This document shows positions 47,470 to 56,600 of a stretch of DNA of 64,000 nt, in pieces (the stretch's first letter is position 1; every line of letters begins with the position of its first letter). The stretch lies in the IMG/VR virus record IMGVR_UViG_3300045974_000806, positions 1-64,000 of that record. The stretch is one strand, 5' to 3'. This DNA is from a virus. The notes under the pieces were generated by a model, which was not told the origin of the DNA, searched no databases, and saw only the letters and a list, made by a program, of their open reading frames with translations. The translations under genes and the position numbers were made by a program.

Positions 47470-47864
47470 ACAGCGGCATGAACAGGCAGCAACGCAGGGC
47501 GACGGCAGCACAGCATCCTACCTATTGGAGATTGACCCCGCTTTTCCAGGGTGAGGACGGCAAGCTGGTGGAGGGCGGCCAGAACTACGTCATCCACACC
47601 GCGCCCAACAACATGGTGGTGGTGCAGGTCCCCACGGATGCATGCACCGTGGAGATGGCCCAGCGCACGGAGCGGGAACTGATGGACAAGCTGCAACGGG
47701 ACGTCATTGTGACGTCGGACAACGTGAAGTTCATGAAGGTGGAGCCGGTGGACCGCGCGGAGATCGCGGAACTGCTCAAGGCGGACAACGGGGAGGGTGC
47801 CATGAAGGAAGCCATGCGCGAGTCCCCCACCCCACCCCAGGGGACGCCGGCGGTGCCCAAGTGA
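47466..47864 (+). CDS. Hypothetical protein
   Basis: GTGA coupling at both ends; MNRQQRRA motif. Confidence 0.65.
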   Translation: MNSGMNRQQRRATAAQHPTYWRLTPLFQGEDGKLVEGGQNYVIHTAPNNMVVVQVPTDACTVEMAQRTERELMDKLQRDVIVTSDNVKFMKVEPVDRAEIAELLKADNGEGAMKEAMRESPTPPQGTPAVPK

Positions 47865-48460
47865 CCCGCCGCAGCCGCACCGCTCTTCCGGAACCGTCCG
47901 TGATGGTCATGGGCGTGGACACCGCCATTGCCAACGTGGGCTGGTGCGTGGCGCGCATGACGTCCACGGCCCTGGCGCCCGTGGCCATGGGCGTCATCCG
48001 GACGCAGCCCAACGCAAAGAAGCTGGGCATCCGCGTGGGTGATGACGACTGGGCACGTTCCAAGACGATTGCCCACGCCCTGCGGGAGGTGGTGAAGCAG
48101 CACCGCCCGCACATCCTGGCGGTGGAGGCGTGGAGCCCCCCACGCAACGCCGCGGCCGTGGGCAAGATTGGCCGCGTGTTCGGCGTGCTGGTGGACATGA
48201 GCCTCACGGATGACCTTCCGGTGCTGCACGCCACGCCGCAAGAGATCAAGAAGGCGGTGACGGGCAAGGCCAGCGCGGAGAAGGGCGAGGTGATTGCCGC
48301 GTTGGAAGAGATGTTCCCCGGCACCCTGGCCCTGGTGCATCATCTGCCCGCCGGCGTGCATGAACACGCGTTTGACGCCCTGGGCGCGCTGGTGACGTGC
48401 TGGGAGAACGAACCCATGAAGGTGCTGCGGCAGGTGACCGCCATCCGGGCGGGGAGGTGA
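47861..48460 (+). CDS. ruvC: RuvC Holliday junction resolvase
   Basis: MGVD...GW, LAVE, TPQEIKKAVTG...A.K, H..DAL. Confidence 0.9.
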   Translation: MTRRSRTALPEPSVMVMGVDTAIANVGWCVARMTSTALAPVAMGVIRTQPNAKKLGIRVGDDDWARSKTIAHALREVVKQHRPHILAVEAWSPPRNAAAVGKIGRVFGVLVDMSLTDDLPVLHATPQEIKKAVTGKASAEKGEVIAALEEMFPGTLALVHHLPAGVHEHAFDALGALVTCWENEPMKVLRQVTAIRAGR

Positions 48461-48463
48461 GCC

Positions 48464-48829
48464 GTGTTGATCCTTGTGACCAAACAGACGGTGCTGATGG
48501 ACGTGAGCCGGCTGATGATTGAGCGGCTTGCCCGCGCGTTGCGCGTGGAGCCATCCCTGGTGAAGGTGAACTGGGTGCAGGAAAACGGCAGCATCTCTCC
48601 GCGCATTGACGTGGAATTGCCGCCCATCATCCCGCCGGCGGACGTGGACGTGACTGACCCGGTGGCCATGGCGGCGTGGGAGGCCGGCAACGCGGACCTC
48701 CCGGGCATCTATGACTTCCTGAAGGCCCGCGGCATCGACAATCCGGAGGCCATCATCAAGCACCAAGTGGCCGTGTCCATGGCGGACTTGAAGGCCCGGA
48801 TGGGAGCGTTCCGGAAGGTGGCGGCATGA
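48464..48829 (+). CDS. Hypothetical protein
   Basis: GGAGG RBS; coupled to next gene. Confidence 0.6.
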   Translation: MLILVTKQTVLMDVSRLMIERLARALRVEPSLVKVNWVQENGSISPRIDVELPPIIPPADVDVTDPVAMAAWEAGNADLPGIYDFLKARGIDNPEAIIKHQVAVSMADLKARMGAFRKVAA

Positions 48830-49482
48830 GCCCGGCAAAGAAGAAGGTGGCCCGCAAGGCCATCACGGTTCCGGAAGTGAAGCTGACCACCGCACAGCGG
48901 CGGGAACTGCGCAGCAAGCTGTTGCTGCTCTACATCTCCGCCGTCACCAAGCCCATGTTGCCGGACCTGTTGCGGCGTGCGGAGTTCCAGGGACTGCCCA
49001 TCAAAACGGTGGAGGACTGGAAGTACGAGGACCGGTGGGAGGAACAACGCAAGGCGTTCCAGGCCAGCCTGTTTGCCCAGGTGAAGACCCGCATTGGGGA
49101 CCGCCTTGCGCAGACCACGTTGCAGATGCTGGAAGAACTGGCCCCCATCAAGGACCGCCTGATTGCCCGCTTGGCCACGGAGACGTTTGACGACCTGTCC
49201 GCGGACAAGCTGTTGAAGGCGTTTTGCACCGTGCTGGAACTCCAAGCGCGGCTCACGGAACAGGCCGTTGGGCTCATCACCCCGACGCAAGGAACACAAG
49301 AGGCACCCCATGATGCAAGCATTCCAAGCCCTGTTGTCGCTTCCGGAATCACCGACCTCACCGTTGACGAAGCGCGCGAGGCGGCGTTCGCCATCATGCG
49401 CCGCCGGCGTGAGGCCGCGTTCAACGCCGCCAAGCCTGCGGGGGGAACGGGACCCAATGGTGCGCCTCACGGCCCTGGATGA
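48826..49482 (+). CDS. Putative terminase small subunit-like HTH protein
   Basis: IKTVEDWKYEDRWEEQR motif followed by helical segments. Confidence 0.45.
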   Translation: MSPAKKKVARKAITVPEVKLTTAQRRELRSKLLLLYISAVTKPMLPDLLRRAEFQGLPIKTVEDWKYEDRWEEQRKAFQASLFAQVKTRIGDRLAQTTLQMLEELAPIKDRLIARLATETFDDLSADKLLKAFCTVLELQARLTEQAVGLITPTQGTQEAPHDASIPSPVVASGITDLTVDEAREAAFAIMRRRREAAFNAAKPAGGTGPNGAPHGPG

Positions 49483-49678
49483 CTTCCTGTGGGCGTCCAT
49501 GGGTGAGGCCATGAACCGGGCCGCCGCCAAGGGCGCCACGCCGCGGGAACTCATGGTGGCGCTCCACGCGGTGTTCCTGCGCGCGGCTCACTCCCAGCCG
49601 GAGGCCACCCTGGACAGCACGCTGCAAACGGGAATCGAGTACCACCGCGCCGTCTACCTCGCTCCGGAAAGGGTCTAA
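49457..49678 (+). CDS. Hypothetical protein
   Basis: 73-aa helical ORF filling the gap. Confidence 0.55.
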   Translation: MVRLTALDDFLWASMGEAMNRAAAKGATPRELMVALHAVFLRAAHSQPEATLDSTLQTGIEYHRAVYLAPERV

Positions 49679-49681
49679 CCC

Positions 49682-50803
49682 ATGCTGCTGCGTGAGGCGT
49701 TGTTGCGGGCGGCCCCGTTCGCCGCGGAAGAGGGACCCCTGGCCCACGTGGTGGTGGTGCCGGCGGTGTTCCTGGCCCATCACCCGGTGGAGTTCGTGGG
49801 CGCCCACGCGCTCCCCTTTGAGCCGGCCCGCGTCCAGGCCACCAACGGGACCACCGGTGTGATCATCCCGCTGGACCCGGGCACGGACGTCCCCTACGTG
49901 GCCATGCACGCCGGCGCGCTCAAGAAGGTGCTCCAACTGCTGCCCAAGGGCGCGGACTTCACGCTGGCGCCCCTGGGCCACAACGTGGCGGTGTCCTGGG
50001 ACGGGACCGGCTGTTCCGTGGCCGCCCTTCCGGACCCTGGCGCCGCGTTGCCGCCCCTCAAGCTGCCCGGGCAGATGCGCGCGGTGCTCCCCCAGACGCT
50101 CCGGAGCATGCACCGCGTGCTGCATTGCGCCATTGAGGACCCGGACAGGCCGCTGCTGGGCAACGTCCACCTCACGCCCTGGTGGGCGGAGGCCACGGAC
50201 CAAAACCGCGTGGCCAGGACCACGCATGCTGGACTGGTGCCGCACGGGATGCTGGTGCCCCCGGACCTGTTCCGGACATGGAAAGACCCGGGCGTCCTGG
50301 GCGTGTCCATGGCCACCGTGGGTGACACGCTGTGGGTGCAGATTGGAGAGGAACTGCGGCACGCCAAGGTGGGCCTGGACGCGGACTTCTTCAACCTTGA
50401 CCCGTTGCTGGTGGAGGCCCCGTGCTTCCGCGCCCAGGTGCTGGGGCCGGCCATGGTGGATGCCATCAAGCGCGCGGCAAAGACGTCCCCCATCAACGTG
50501 CTTGAACTGGTGTTTGGCCCGGGCGCGTGCAGCGTGGCCGGCCTCACCGCGGACGGTGACCCCAGCGCCCGGGAGGTGATTCCCACCGTGGGGAACGCCG
50601 GGGACGTCACGGTGCGCATGACTCTCCGCGCCAGCTATGTGCGGGACGCGGTGACCGCGGCGGTGGACAAGGGCAAGGAGTCCATTGTCCTGAAGTACCT
50701 GCACGCCAGCGCGCCCCTGCGCGTGGAGCGCGGCCCGTTCTCTGAAATGGTTTGGCCCCTGTTCATTCCGGAAGTAGGAGGCACCAATGCAAAGGACGCT
50801 TGA
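49682..50803 (+). CDS. Divergent beta sliding clamp-like protein
   Basis: 373 aa, three-domain pattern: QATNG, DRPLLGNVHL..EATDQNRVA, AIKRA...YVRDAV...PL....MVWPL. Confidence 0.65.
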   Translation: MLLREALLRAAPFAAEEGPLAHVVVVPAVFLAHHPVEFVGAHALPFEPARVQATNGTTGVIIPLDPGTDVPYVAMHAGALKKVLQLLPKGADFTLAPLGHNVAVSWDGTGCSVAALPDPGAALPPLKLPGQMRAVLPQTLRSMHRVLHCAIEDPDRPLLGNVHLTPWWAEATDQNRVARTTHAGLVPHGMLVPPDLFRTWKDPGVLGVSMATVGDTLWVQIGEELRHAKVGLDADFFNLDPLLVEAPCFRAQVLGPAMVDAIKRAAKTSPINVLELVFGPGACSVAGLTADGDPSAREVIPTVGNAGDVTVRMTLRASYVRDAVTAAVDKGKESIVLKYLHASAPLRVERGPFSEMVWPLFIPEVGGTNAKDA

Positions 50804-51305
50804 GGTGGCGCTGACCCAGTTGGACGTGGTGGAGGCCACCGGCAACAATGATGGCGTGCCGGCCGTGCGCTACAACCGCGGGGAGTGTGTCCCCTGGTGC
50901 GCCGCGTTCGCGCTCTACTGTAACGCCAACAGTATGGACGCCAAGGTGGTGCGCACCGACAAGGAATGGTGGGCGCTGCGCGCGGTGCAGGCGTTCGAGG
51001 ACGAGATGCGCAACCGTGGCTGGTGGTTCAGCCGGATGGCCAGCCTGAAGCCCCAGGCCAATGACCTCATCTTCTTTGGGGACCGCGGCGCATCGGACGC
51101 GTCATTCACCGGCCGGCACATGGGCGTGATTGAGCGCGTGGAGACGCACGTGTCCAGCCTCAACCTGCCATCCACGGCCTGGATGGTGATCCACACCGTG
51201 GAGGGCAACCTGGGCAACCGCGTGCAGCGCGTGGTCCACGACCTGTCCAACCCAAAGACCTCCGCACGCATCACGGGCTACGCGCACTTCCCAGCCTCCC
51301 CGTGA
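50787..51305 (+). CDS. CHAP-domain amidase (endolysin)
   Basis: PWCAAF, P.ANDLIFF, HMGVIE, TVEGN. Confidence 0.85.
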   Translation: MQRTLEVALTQLDVVEATGNNDGVPAVRYNRGECVPWCAAFALYCNANSMDAKVVRTDKEWWALRAVQAFEDEMRNRGWWFSRMASLKPQANDLIFFGDRGASDASFTGRHMGVIERVETHVSSLNLPSTAWMVIHTVEGNLGNRVQRVVHDLSNPKTSARITGYAHFPASP

Positions 51306-51309
51306 TCTT

Positions 51310-51352
51310 GTGCTTTCTGTCCTTGACGCAATCTTGCCGTATCTGGTAACCC
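51310..51352 (+). promoter_or_regulatory. Host sigma70-like promoter
   Basis: GTGCTTTCTGTCC-TTGACG then TG-g-TAACCC; shares the upstream element with 55915 and 60368. Confidence 0.45.
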
Positions 51353-51400
51353 TGACCAACCCGCGTGCGCGTGATGCGCATGCACCTTGAGGAGTGTCCT

Positions 51401-52267
51401 ATGGCCGCAAAGAAGAGCAAGAAGACTGAAGCCCCCGCCACGTCCCCCGCCGCCGGCTCACCGCCCGCGGCCACCGCGTTCACCGTTGGCCAGCAGAAGG
51501 TGTTGAGCCTGCTCACCGGCGTCCTGTCCAACCGCGCGGCCACCCTGGGTGAACTGCAAACGGCCCTGGCGGCCGTGGGGGAGGATGCCGGCGCCGTGCT
51601 CCAAGGGCTGCAAGCCCGCGGGCTGGTGGTGCCCGCCGCCGGCGGCGTGATGGCCGCCCGGGATGCCGCGGGGAACTTCTGCGTGATGTCCGGCAACCCG
51701 CCGGCGGCTTCCGGAACCCCGGAACAGGCCCCGCCCCCGCCGCCCCCTGCCCAGGTCCCGCCCCCCGCGGCCGTGGCCCACGTTCCGGAATCCCATCCCT
51801 GGGAGGAATCCGCGGAAGAGGAAGAGGAGGGCGGGGACGACCTGTCAGAGGCCCTGTTGGAGAAGATGGAAGAGCAGACGGAACTGTTGAAGCGCATCTG
51901 CACGCTGTTGGAGCGCACGCCGGCAGCGGCCCAGGCCCCCGCGGCCCCGGGCCTTCAGTCCTGGCCGCCGGCCGTGGCCGCCCCGCCCCTCCCGCCGCCC
52001 CCGCCCACGCAGGGGATGGCTCCGCCCCCACCGCCGGCCCAGGTGGCCCAGCAGGCCATGCCGCCCCCGGTGTTCAACGTCCAGGCCCAGTTCCCCCAGG
52101 CCGGCCAGTTCCAGGCCCCCATGATGGCCCAGGTTCCCCCGGGCTACATGATGACCCCCCAGGGCATTGTGCCCATGCAGATGCAGCAGCAGCCGCAGCA
52201 GATGCAGACCATGGCCAACGGTGGCGGGCAGGTGGCCGCCTGGGTTCCCCCTGGTGCCCCGCGCTGA
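51401..52267 (+). CDS. Winged-helix-like protein with Pro-rich, acidic and Q/M/P-rich tail
   Basis: GAGGAG RBS; ATLGELQ...LQGLQARGLV wHTH pattern; low-complexity C-terminal half. Confidence 0.6.
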   Translation: MAAKKSKKTEAPATSPAAGSPPAATAFTVGQQKVLSLLTGVLSNRAATLGELQTALAAVGEDAGAVLQGLQARGLVVPAAGGVMAARDAAGNFCVMSGNPPAASGTPEQAPPPPPPAQVPPPAAVAHVPESHPWEESAEEEEEGGDDLSEALLEKMEEQTELLKRICTLLERTPAAAQAPAAPGLQSWPPAVAAPPLPPPPPTQGMAPPPPPAQVAQQAMPPPVFNVQAQFPQAGQFQAPMMAQVPPGYMMTPQGIVPMQMQQQPQQMQTMANGGGQVAAWVPPGAPR

Positions 52268-52279
52268 AAGGACTCCGCC

Positions 52280-52621
52280 ATGACCACCACCTCCAAGTTC
52301 GTCAAGCATGACGCCGGCAAGAACCTGCTGGGATGCCTGCCACCGCGGGCGTTGATGTCCATTGGCCGCGTGCTCACCCTGGGCGCGGCCAAGTACAGCC
52401 GCGATAACTGGCACAAGGTCCGCGAACGGTCCCGCTATTACGACGCCCTGTTGCGGCATCTGTTCGCGTGGTGGGCCGGCGAGGACAAGGACCCGGAGTC
52501 CGGGGAAAGCCACCTTGCCCACGCCGGCTGCTGCCTGATGTTCCTGCTGGAATTGGAGGAGGTGGGCTTGGCGGAGGATGACCGCCCGCACTTCCGGAAC
52601 GACAAGCGGGTGAAGCCATGA
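52280..52621 (+). CDS. dATP/dGTP diphosphohydrolase N-terminal domain protein (DUF5664-like)
   Basis: KHDAGK...GAAKY..DNW...YYDALLRHL.AWW.GED.DPESG.SHLAHA. Confidence 0.85.
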   Translation: MTTTSKFVKHDAGKNLLGCLPPRALMSIGRVLTLGAAKYSRDNWHKVRERSRYYDALLRHLFAWWAGEDKDPESGESHLAHAGCCLMFLLELEEVGLAEDDRPHFRNDKRVKP

Positions 52622-52917
52622 GTTATTGGTCTGGCGACGAGGACGAGGAAGCGACGGTGGACATCTTCAAGGGCGTCACCGTCCAGCGTGAGACGGAGAA
52701 GGCTGTCCTTGTCACGCTTCCGGAGTTCGGCGGTGACAAGGACGTGCAGGTGTGGGTCCTCAAGTCCGTCATCACCGACGACTCGGAGGTGCATGACGTG
52801 GAGTGCTACAACGCCAACGGCCCAGGCAAGCTGGTGGTGAAGGGCTGGTGGACGGAGAAGGCCCTGGACAGCCACAAGAAGGCCAAGGCCATCCGCGCCA
52901 AGGGGAGGCCGGCATGA
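52618..52917 (+). CDS. Hypothetical protein
   Basis: RETEKAVLV...WV.KS.I small beta domain common in phages. Confidence 0.65.
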   Translation: MSYWSGDEDEEATVDIFKGVTVQRETEKAVLVTLPEFGGDKDVQVWVLKSVITDDSEVHDVECYNANGPGKLVVKGWWTEKALDSHKKAKAIRAKGRPA

Positions 52918-53045
52918 CGCGCCCGTGGAGGCCCTGGGGAATCCGCACGCACCCGTTCATCCGGTGGCTGTGGTTCGTGTTCATGGGCGTGCTGGGACTG
53001 GCCACGGGCGTGTTGCTTGACGCCCTGTTCCGGAGGTGGCCGTGA
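52914..53045 (+). CDS. Small single-TM membrane peptide
   Basis: ATGA/GTGA coupling; FIRWLWFVFMGVLGLATGVLL. Confidence 0.5.
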   Translation: MTRPWRPWGIRTHPFIRWLWFVFMGVLGLATGVLLDALFRRWP

Positions 53046-53680
53046 GTTCAACAAACAGGGGCGCCACGCGCCAGGAACTGGACTACTACCGCACGGACCC
53101 GGCGGAGATCGCCGTGTTCCTGCGGGAATGGTTCAACGACGTGCCCAGCGCGCGTGAGTTGCTGACCACGGGCACCGTGCTGGACCCATGCGCCGGCGGG
53201 AACGTCAAGCCCGTGCAGTGGGAATACAAGAAGGGCGAGGTGGCCACCATCCAGCCGTCCACGATGTCCTATCCGGAGGCCATTGCGGCGGTGACGGGCA
53301 ACGTGGTGGTGACCAATGACGTGCGCCCGGACTCGCCGGCCATGATGCACCATGACTTCCTGACGGGGGACCTGGGCCTGTCAAAGCAGCCGGAGGTGAT
53401 CATCACCAACCCACCGTTCAGCATTGCCCAGCAGGTGATTGAGAAGTCCCTGACCATGGTCCCCGTGGGCGGGCTGGTGGTGATGCTGCTGCGCTTGAAC
53501 TTCTTTGGGAGTGACAAGCGGTTCCCGTTCTTCCAGGGGAAGATGCCCCAACGCGCCTACGTGCATCACCGGCGCATGGGCTTCACGCCCGACGGGAAGA
53601 CGGACTCCATTGAGTACATGCACGCGGTGTGGCACCGCGCGCGCGTTCCCAGCCCCGCCACCACCCTGCGCGTCATTTGA
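53042..53680 (+). CDS. Orphan amino-DNA methyltransferase (m6A/m4C)
   Basis: DYYRT, VLDPCAGG (motif I), HDFL, IITNPPF (motif IV), MLLRLNF. Confidence 0.85.
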   Translation: MSSTNRGATRQELDYYRTDPAEIAVFLREWFNDVPSARELLTTGTVLDPCAGGNVKPVQWEYKKGEVATIQPSTMSYPEAIAAVTGNVVVTNDVRPDSPAMMHHDFLTGDLGLSKQPEVIITNPPFSIAQQVIEKSLTMVPVGGLVVMLLRLNFFGSDKRFPFFQGKMPQRAYVHHRRMGFTPDGKTDSIEYMHAVWHRARVPSPATTLRVI

Positions 53681-53687
53681 GGCAACC

Positions 53688-54014
53688 ATGAAAGAGACAA
53701 AGACGGATGACCTCGCGGCCCCTGGTGGCCGGCTCACCACCGACGAGGAAGCGCGCGGATGGCTGCTGGAATTGATCACCACCACGCGTGAGGCCCGGGC
53801 CGCATGCGACGGTGCAAGCAGCGCCGCGGACATGCGCCGGCTGCACAGCCGCTTTCTGGTGAAGCACGGCGCGGCCCTGGGCGCGCTGATGACCTGCTAC
53901 CGGTGCGGCCTGCTGAGTGACGTTGGCTACCATGAGATGCGCAAGGAAGTGCTGGACACCCTGACGCCCACCGTCATCACGGTGGTGCCTTTCACCGGAG
54001 GAAAACATGGTTGA
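53688..54014 (+). CDS. Hypothetical protein
   Basis: ORF with GAGG RBS. Confidence 0.6.
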   Translation: MKETKTDDLAAPGGRLTTDEEARGWLLELITTTREARAACDGASSAADMRRLHSRFLVKHGAALGALMTCYRCGLLSDVGYHEMRKEVLDTLTPTVITVVPFTGGKHG

Positions 54015-54348
54015 ACCGAAGAACGAGATCCCCCTGGACGCAATGCAGTTCAAGGACCCGCCGGAACTGACCGCCGGCAAGGTCCCTCCCATGGTGGGCG
54101 AGGGTATCAACGCGGTGATGCGCGTCCTGCCCAAGGTGCGCTCCCCCCTCCCCCAGGGGCTGTCCGATTCGGACATGATTGGCGTCCTTGAACGCCGCTC
54201 CCAGGTGGTGCAGGAACTGGCGTTTGCCCGCGGCATGGTTGAGGGCATGCTGTTGGCCGCGGCCGGCTACGGGTCCATCACCAAGGACCAGTTCCGTGAG
54301 CAGATGACCGTGCTACACACGGTGCTGGCCCAGCGCCCCCCGGAGTGA
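54007..54348 (+). CDS. Hypothetical protein
   Basis: GGAGGA RBS. Confidence 0.6.
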   Translation: MVEPKNEIPLDAMQFKDPPELTAGKVPPMVGEGINAVMRVLPKVRSPLPQGLSDSDMIGVLERRSQVVQELAFARGMVEGMLLAAAGYGSITKDQFREQMTVLHTVLAQRPPE

Positions 54349-54351
54349 TGC

Positions 54352-54591
54352 ATGCGCACCCACGCCACAAAGAACCAGACGTTGGTGGATGAGTTTGGGG
54401 AGCGCCTGCTGTCCGCGCTTCTCCGTCGTCACATGACCCGGGCGGACCTGTGCGTGAAGTCCGGGCTCAAGTACGACTCCGTGACCAAGCTGGCCCGCGG
54501 GACCCGCGCTCCCAACCTGCGCACCGTCGCATCCATCGCCACCGCCCTGGGCGTGACGGTGGCCCAGTTGCTTGAGGAGATGTCCACGTGA
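54352..54591 (+). CDS. XRE-family HTH regulator
   Basis: FGERL...MTRADL...G..Y..V..L.RG.R.PNL.T...IA.ALGV...L. Confidence 0.88.
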   Translation: MRTHATKNQTLVDEFGERLLSALLRRHMTRADLCVKSGLKYDSVTKLARGTRAPNLRTVASIATALGVTVAQLLEEMST

Positions 54592-54797
54592 CGTGTGAAC
54601 ACTGTGGGGAGGTGCCAGCGGAGGGTTCCGGAATCCCGCACCAGAACGTGTGCCCGCGCTTCACGTGCGCGCTGTGCGGTGCCAAGTTCGCGGTGTTTCC
54701 GGAACCCACCAAGAAGCTGTTTGGCACCTCCCCCCGGTGCGTGGCGTGCAAGAACGCGCCGGCCCCCAAAGGGGCGGCGTGGCGTGATAGTGTTTGA
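54588..54797 (+). CDS. Small Cys-rich zinc-finger protein
   Basis: CEHC, CALC, CVAC. Confidence 0.55.
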   Translation: MTCEHCGEVPAEGSGIPHQNVCPRFTCALCGAKFAVFPEPTKKLFGTSPRCVACKNAPAPKGAAWRDSV

Positions 54798-54823
54798 CGT
54801 CCGTTGGCTTTGGTGGGGTCTGA

Positions 54824-55255
54824 ATGCAGCGCGTGCGGATGACGGAAGAGGAACTGCTGGCCGGCCTGGGCATCCTGGGCGTGACCCTGGAACAGTTCCA
54901 GCACCCCCTCCGGGCGAACAGCCAGGACGAGGGCGCGCGCCGGCTGGCGGACCTGAAGGCCAACGTGAAGCGCGCCTTCCGGAAGGCCGCCCTGGACCTG
55001 CATCCAGACCGCACGGGCGGTGACGAGGAAAAGGCCGGCCGCTTCAAGCTGGCATCCTCGGTGGCGGAGGTGGTGGAGGCGTTGACGCTCCACGTCCAGC
55101 GGCCCAGGCCCCCACCACCGGTCCCGCGCGGCGGCGTGGTGATCATCAACATGCAGCCCGGCGTCCACGTGCGCTGGACCACCGGCTCCGCTTCTACAGG
55201 CTCCGCCACCACCACCACGACCAATGGTTGGCCGTGGGACGCGGGCGGCTTTTGA
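54824..55255 (+). CDS. J-domain (DnaJ-like) protein
   Basis: VKRAFRKAALDLHPDRTGGDEEK..RFK with HPD motif. Confidence 0.85.
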   Translation: MQRVRMTEEELLAGLGILGVTLEQFQHPLRANSQDEGARRLADLKANVKRAFRKAALDLHPDRTGGDEEKAGRFKLASSVAEVVEALTLHVQRPRPPPPVPRGGVVIINMQPGVHVRWTTGSASTGSATTTTTNGWPWDAGGF

Positions 55256-55267
55256 GAGGGTGTCACC

Positions 55268-55666
55268 ATGGACAAGATCATGAACAAGTTCTCCGTTTCC
55301 GACATGGCGTGGGTTCCCAAGGCTCTGAAGGCCATCGACCTGGGCGAGGGTGTTTGCGTGTCCGTCACCGGCCCGGACGCCAAGCTGATCATGCAGCACG
55401 TGCAGGACATCACCGCACGCCTGCCCATCATGAGCCTGTTCAACGCCGTGCAGCGTTTTGTCCCTGCCGTCGGCGCGGTCCACATTGACCCGCTGGTGGT
55501 GGTGCCCGTCCTGGCGTCCCTGGGCGCGCTGGGCGCCGCGGCCGGCTCCGTGGCGTTCGTCGCCGGCGTGGGCGTGGCGCACGGCATGAAGCTGGCGTTC
55601 ACCTATGACATGGGCAGCCTGCTGGACCCCATGGATGACGCCCTGAGCATCACGCTGACCAAGTGA
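55268..55666 (+). CDS. Hypothetical membrane protein
   Basis: Long hydrophobic Gly/Ala segment. Confidence 0.6.
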   Translation: MDKIMNKFSVSDMAWVPKALKAIDLGEGVCVSVTGPDAKLIMQHVQDITARLPIMSLFNAVQRFVPAVGAVHIDPLVVVPVLASLGALGAAAGSVAFVAGVGVAHGMKLAFTYDMGSLLDPMDDALSITLTK

Positions 55667-55866
55667 GCGGCCCGCACCTTCCCACCGTCGCACGCTGGCA
55701 CCTCCCGGGCTCTTCCCGCCGGGAGGCGCTGTGCGGCGTCACGCTGCTGCCCTCCGCCAGCGTGCTGATGCCGGAACTGGTGGCTCACATCCACCACCCG
55801 GACTTTGACCTGCCCCTGTGCCCCCTGTGCCAGGAAGCCCAGGCCCCCACCCCACCCGGAACCTGA
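55663..55866 (+). CDS. Hypothetical small protein
   Basis: WH...ALCG...CPLC; GTGA coupling. Confidence 0.55.
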   Translation: MSGPHLPTVARWHLPGSSRREALCGVTLLPSASVLMPELVAHIHHPDFDLPLCPLCQEAQAPTPPGT

Positions 55867-55914
55867 TCACTTCCGGAACCCAAACCGGTGCAGATCCGCC
55901 TACTTGCGGAAAGT

Positions 55915-55955
55915 GTGCTTTTTGTCTTGTCTTCCGGAACCCACGGGCGCAACGT
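55915..55955 (+). promoter_or_regulatory. Early-type promoter repeat copy 1
   Basis: GTGCTTTTTGTCTTGTCTTCCGGAA; 24/25 identical to 60368; TTGTCT-N17-CAACGT. Confidence 0.6.
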
Positions 55956-55988
55956 CCCATCCCGCAAGACCAACCACGGAGCCACCCC

Positions 55989-56600
55989 ATGCTGAACTTC
56001 GCCGCCCTCTCTGCCGACCCCCACGCCCTGGCCGCCCTGGATGACCTGCTGGCCAGCAACACGGGCTTCCCCACGTTCCAGGCCCTACTGGACGCCAAGG
56101 GCTCCTACCGCCCCACCGTGGACGTCTCCACGCCGGAGATGGCCTTCCTGGCGGATGCGTATGACGCGGCCATGACCGCCCGCGGTGACGCCCGCCGCGC
56201 CTACCGCACGGGCAACCGCGTTGCGGCCCTGGTGGAGCGCACCGCGTTTGTGCCGGCCGCGGCCCTGGTGCCCGGGGAGGAGATTGAGGTGGAGGCGAAC
56301 CAAGGTATGCGCCCCGCCGTGGTCCTGGCCGTCCTGGGCCAGCGCGCCCTGGCGGAATACACCATGCCGGCTGGCACCACCGCGCTGATGGTCCTCGACC
56401 TGGGCAAGAGCGCGCGGATGTTCACGCAGGCCGCCACCTCCCCCTCCTACCGGACCTGCCCGCGCAAGTGGCTGGTGGCCATGGTGGCCGCCGGCACGCA
56501 GTGGGAGGGCAACGGGCAGCAAGGCGGCGCCCTGTCCTTTGCCAAGGCCCTGGAACTGGCCGGCGTGTCCTCAACGCCCGCCCAGAAGGAGTTGTTCTAA
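55989..56600 (+). CDS. Hypothetical early protein ending in QKELF
   Basis: ACGGAGCCACCCC-ATG start; 203 aa. Confidence 0.7.
   Translation: MLNFAALSADPHALAALDDLLASNTGFPTFQALLDAKGSYRPTVDVSTPEMAFLADAYDAAMTARGDARRAYRTGNRVAALVERTAFVPAAALVPGEEIEVEANQGMRPAVVLAVLGQRALAEYTMPAGTTALMVLDLGKSARMFTQAATSPSYRTCPRKWLVAMVAAGTQWEGNGQQGGALSFAKALELAGVSSTPAQKELF

Noticed and set aside
52280-52621. 2-aminoadenine (Z) genome system
   Set aside because: This diphosphohydrolase domain is widespread in phages, and no purZ or HD-type dATPase is visible here.
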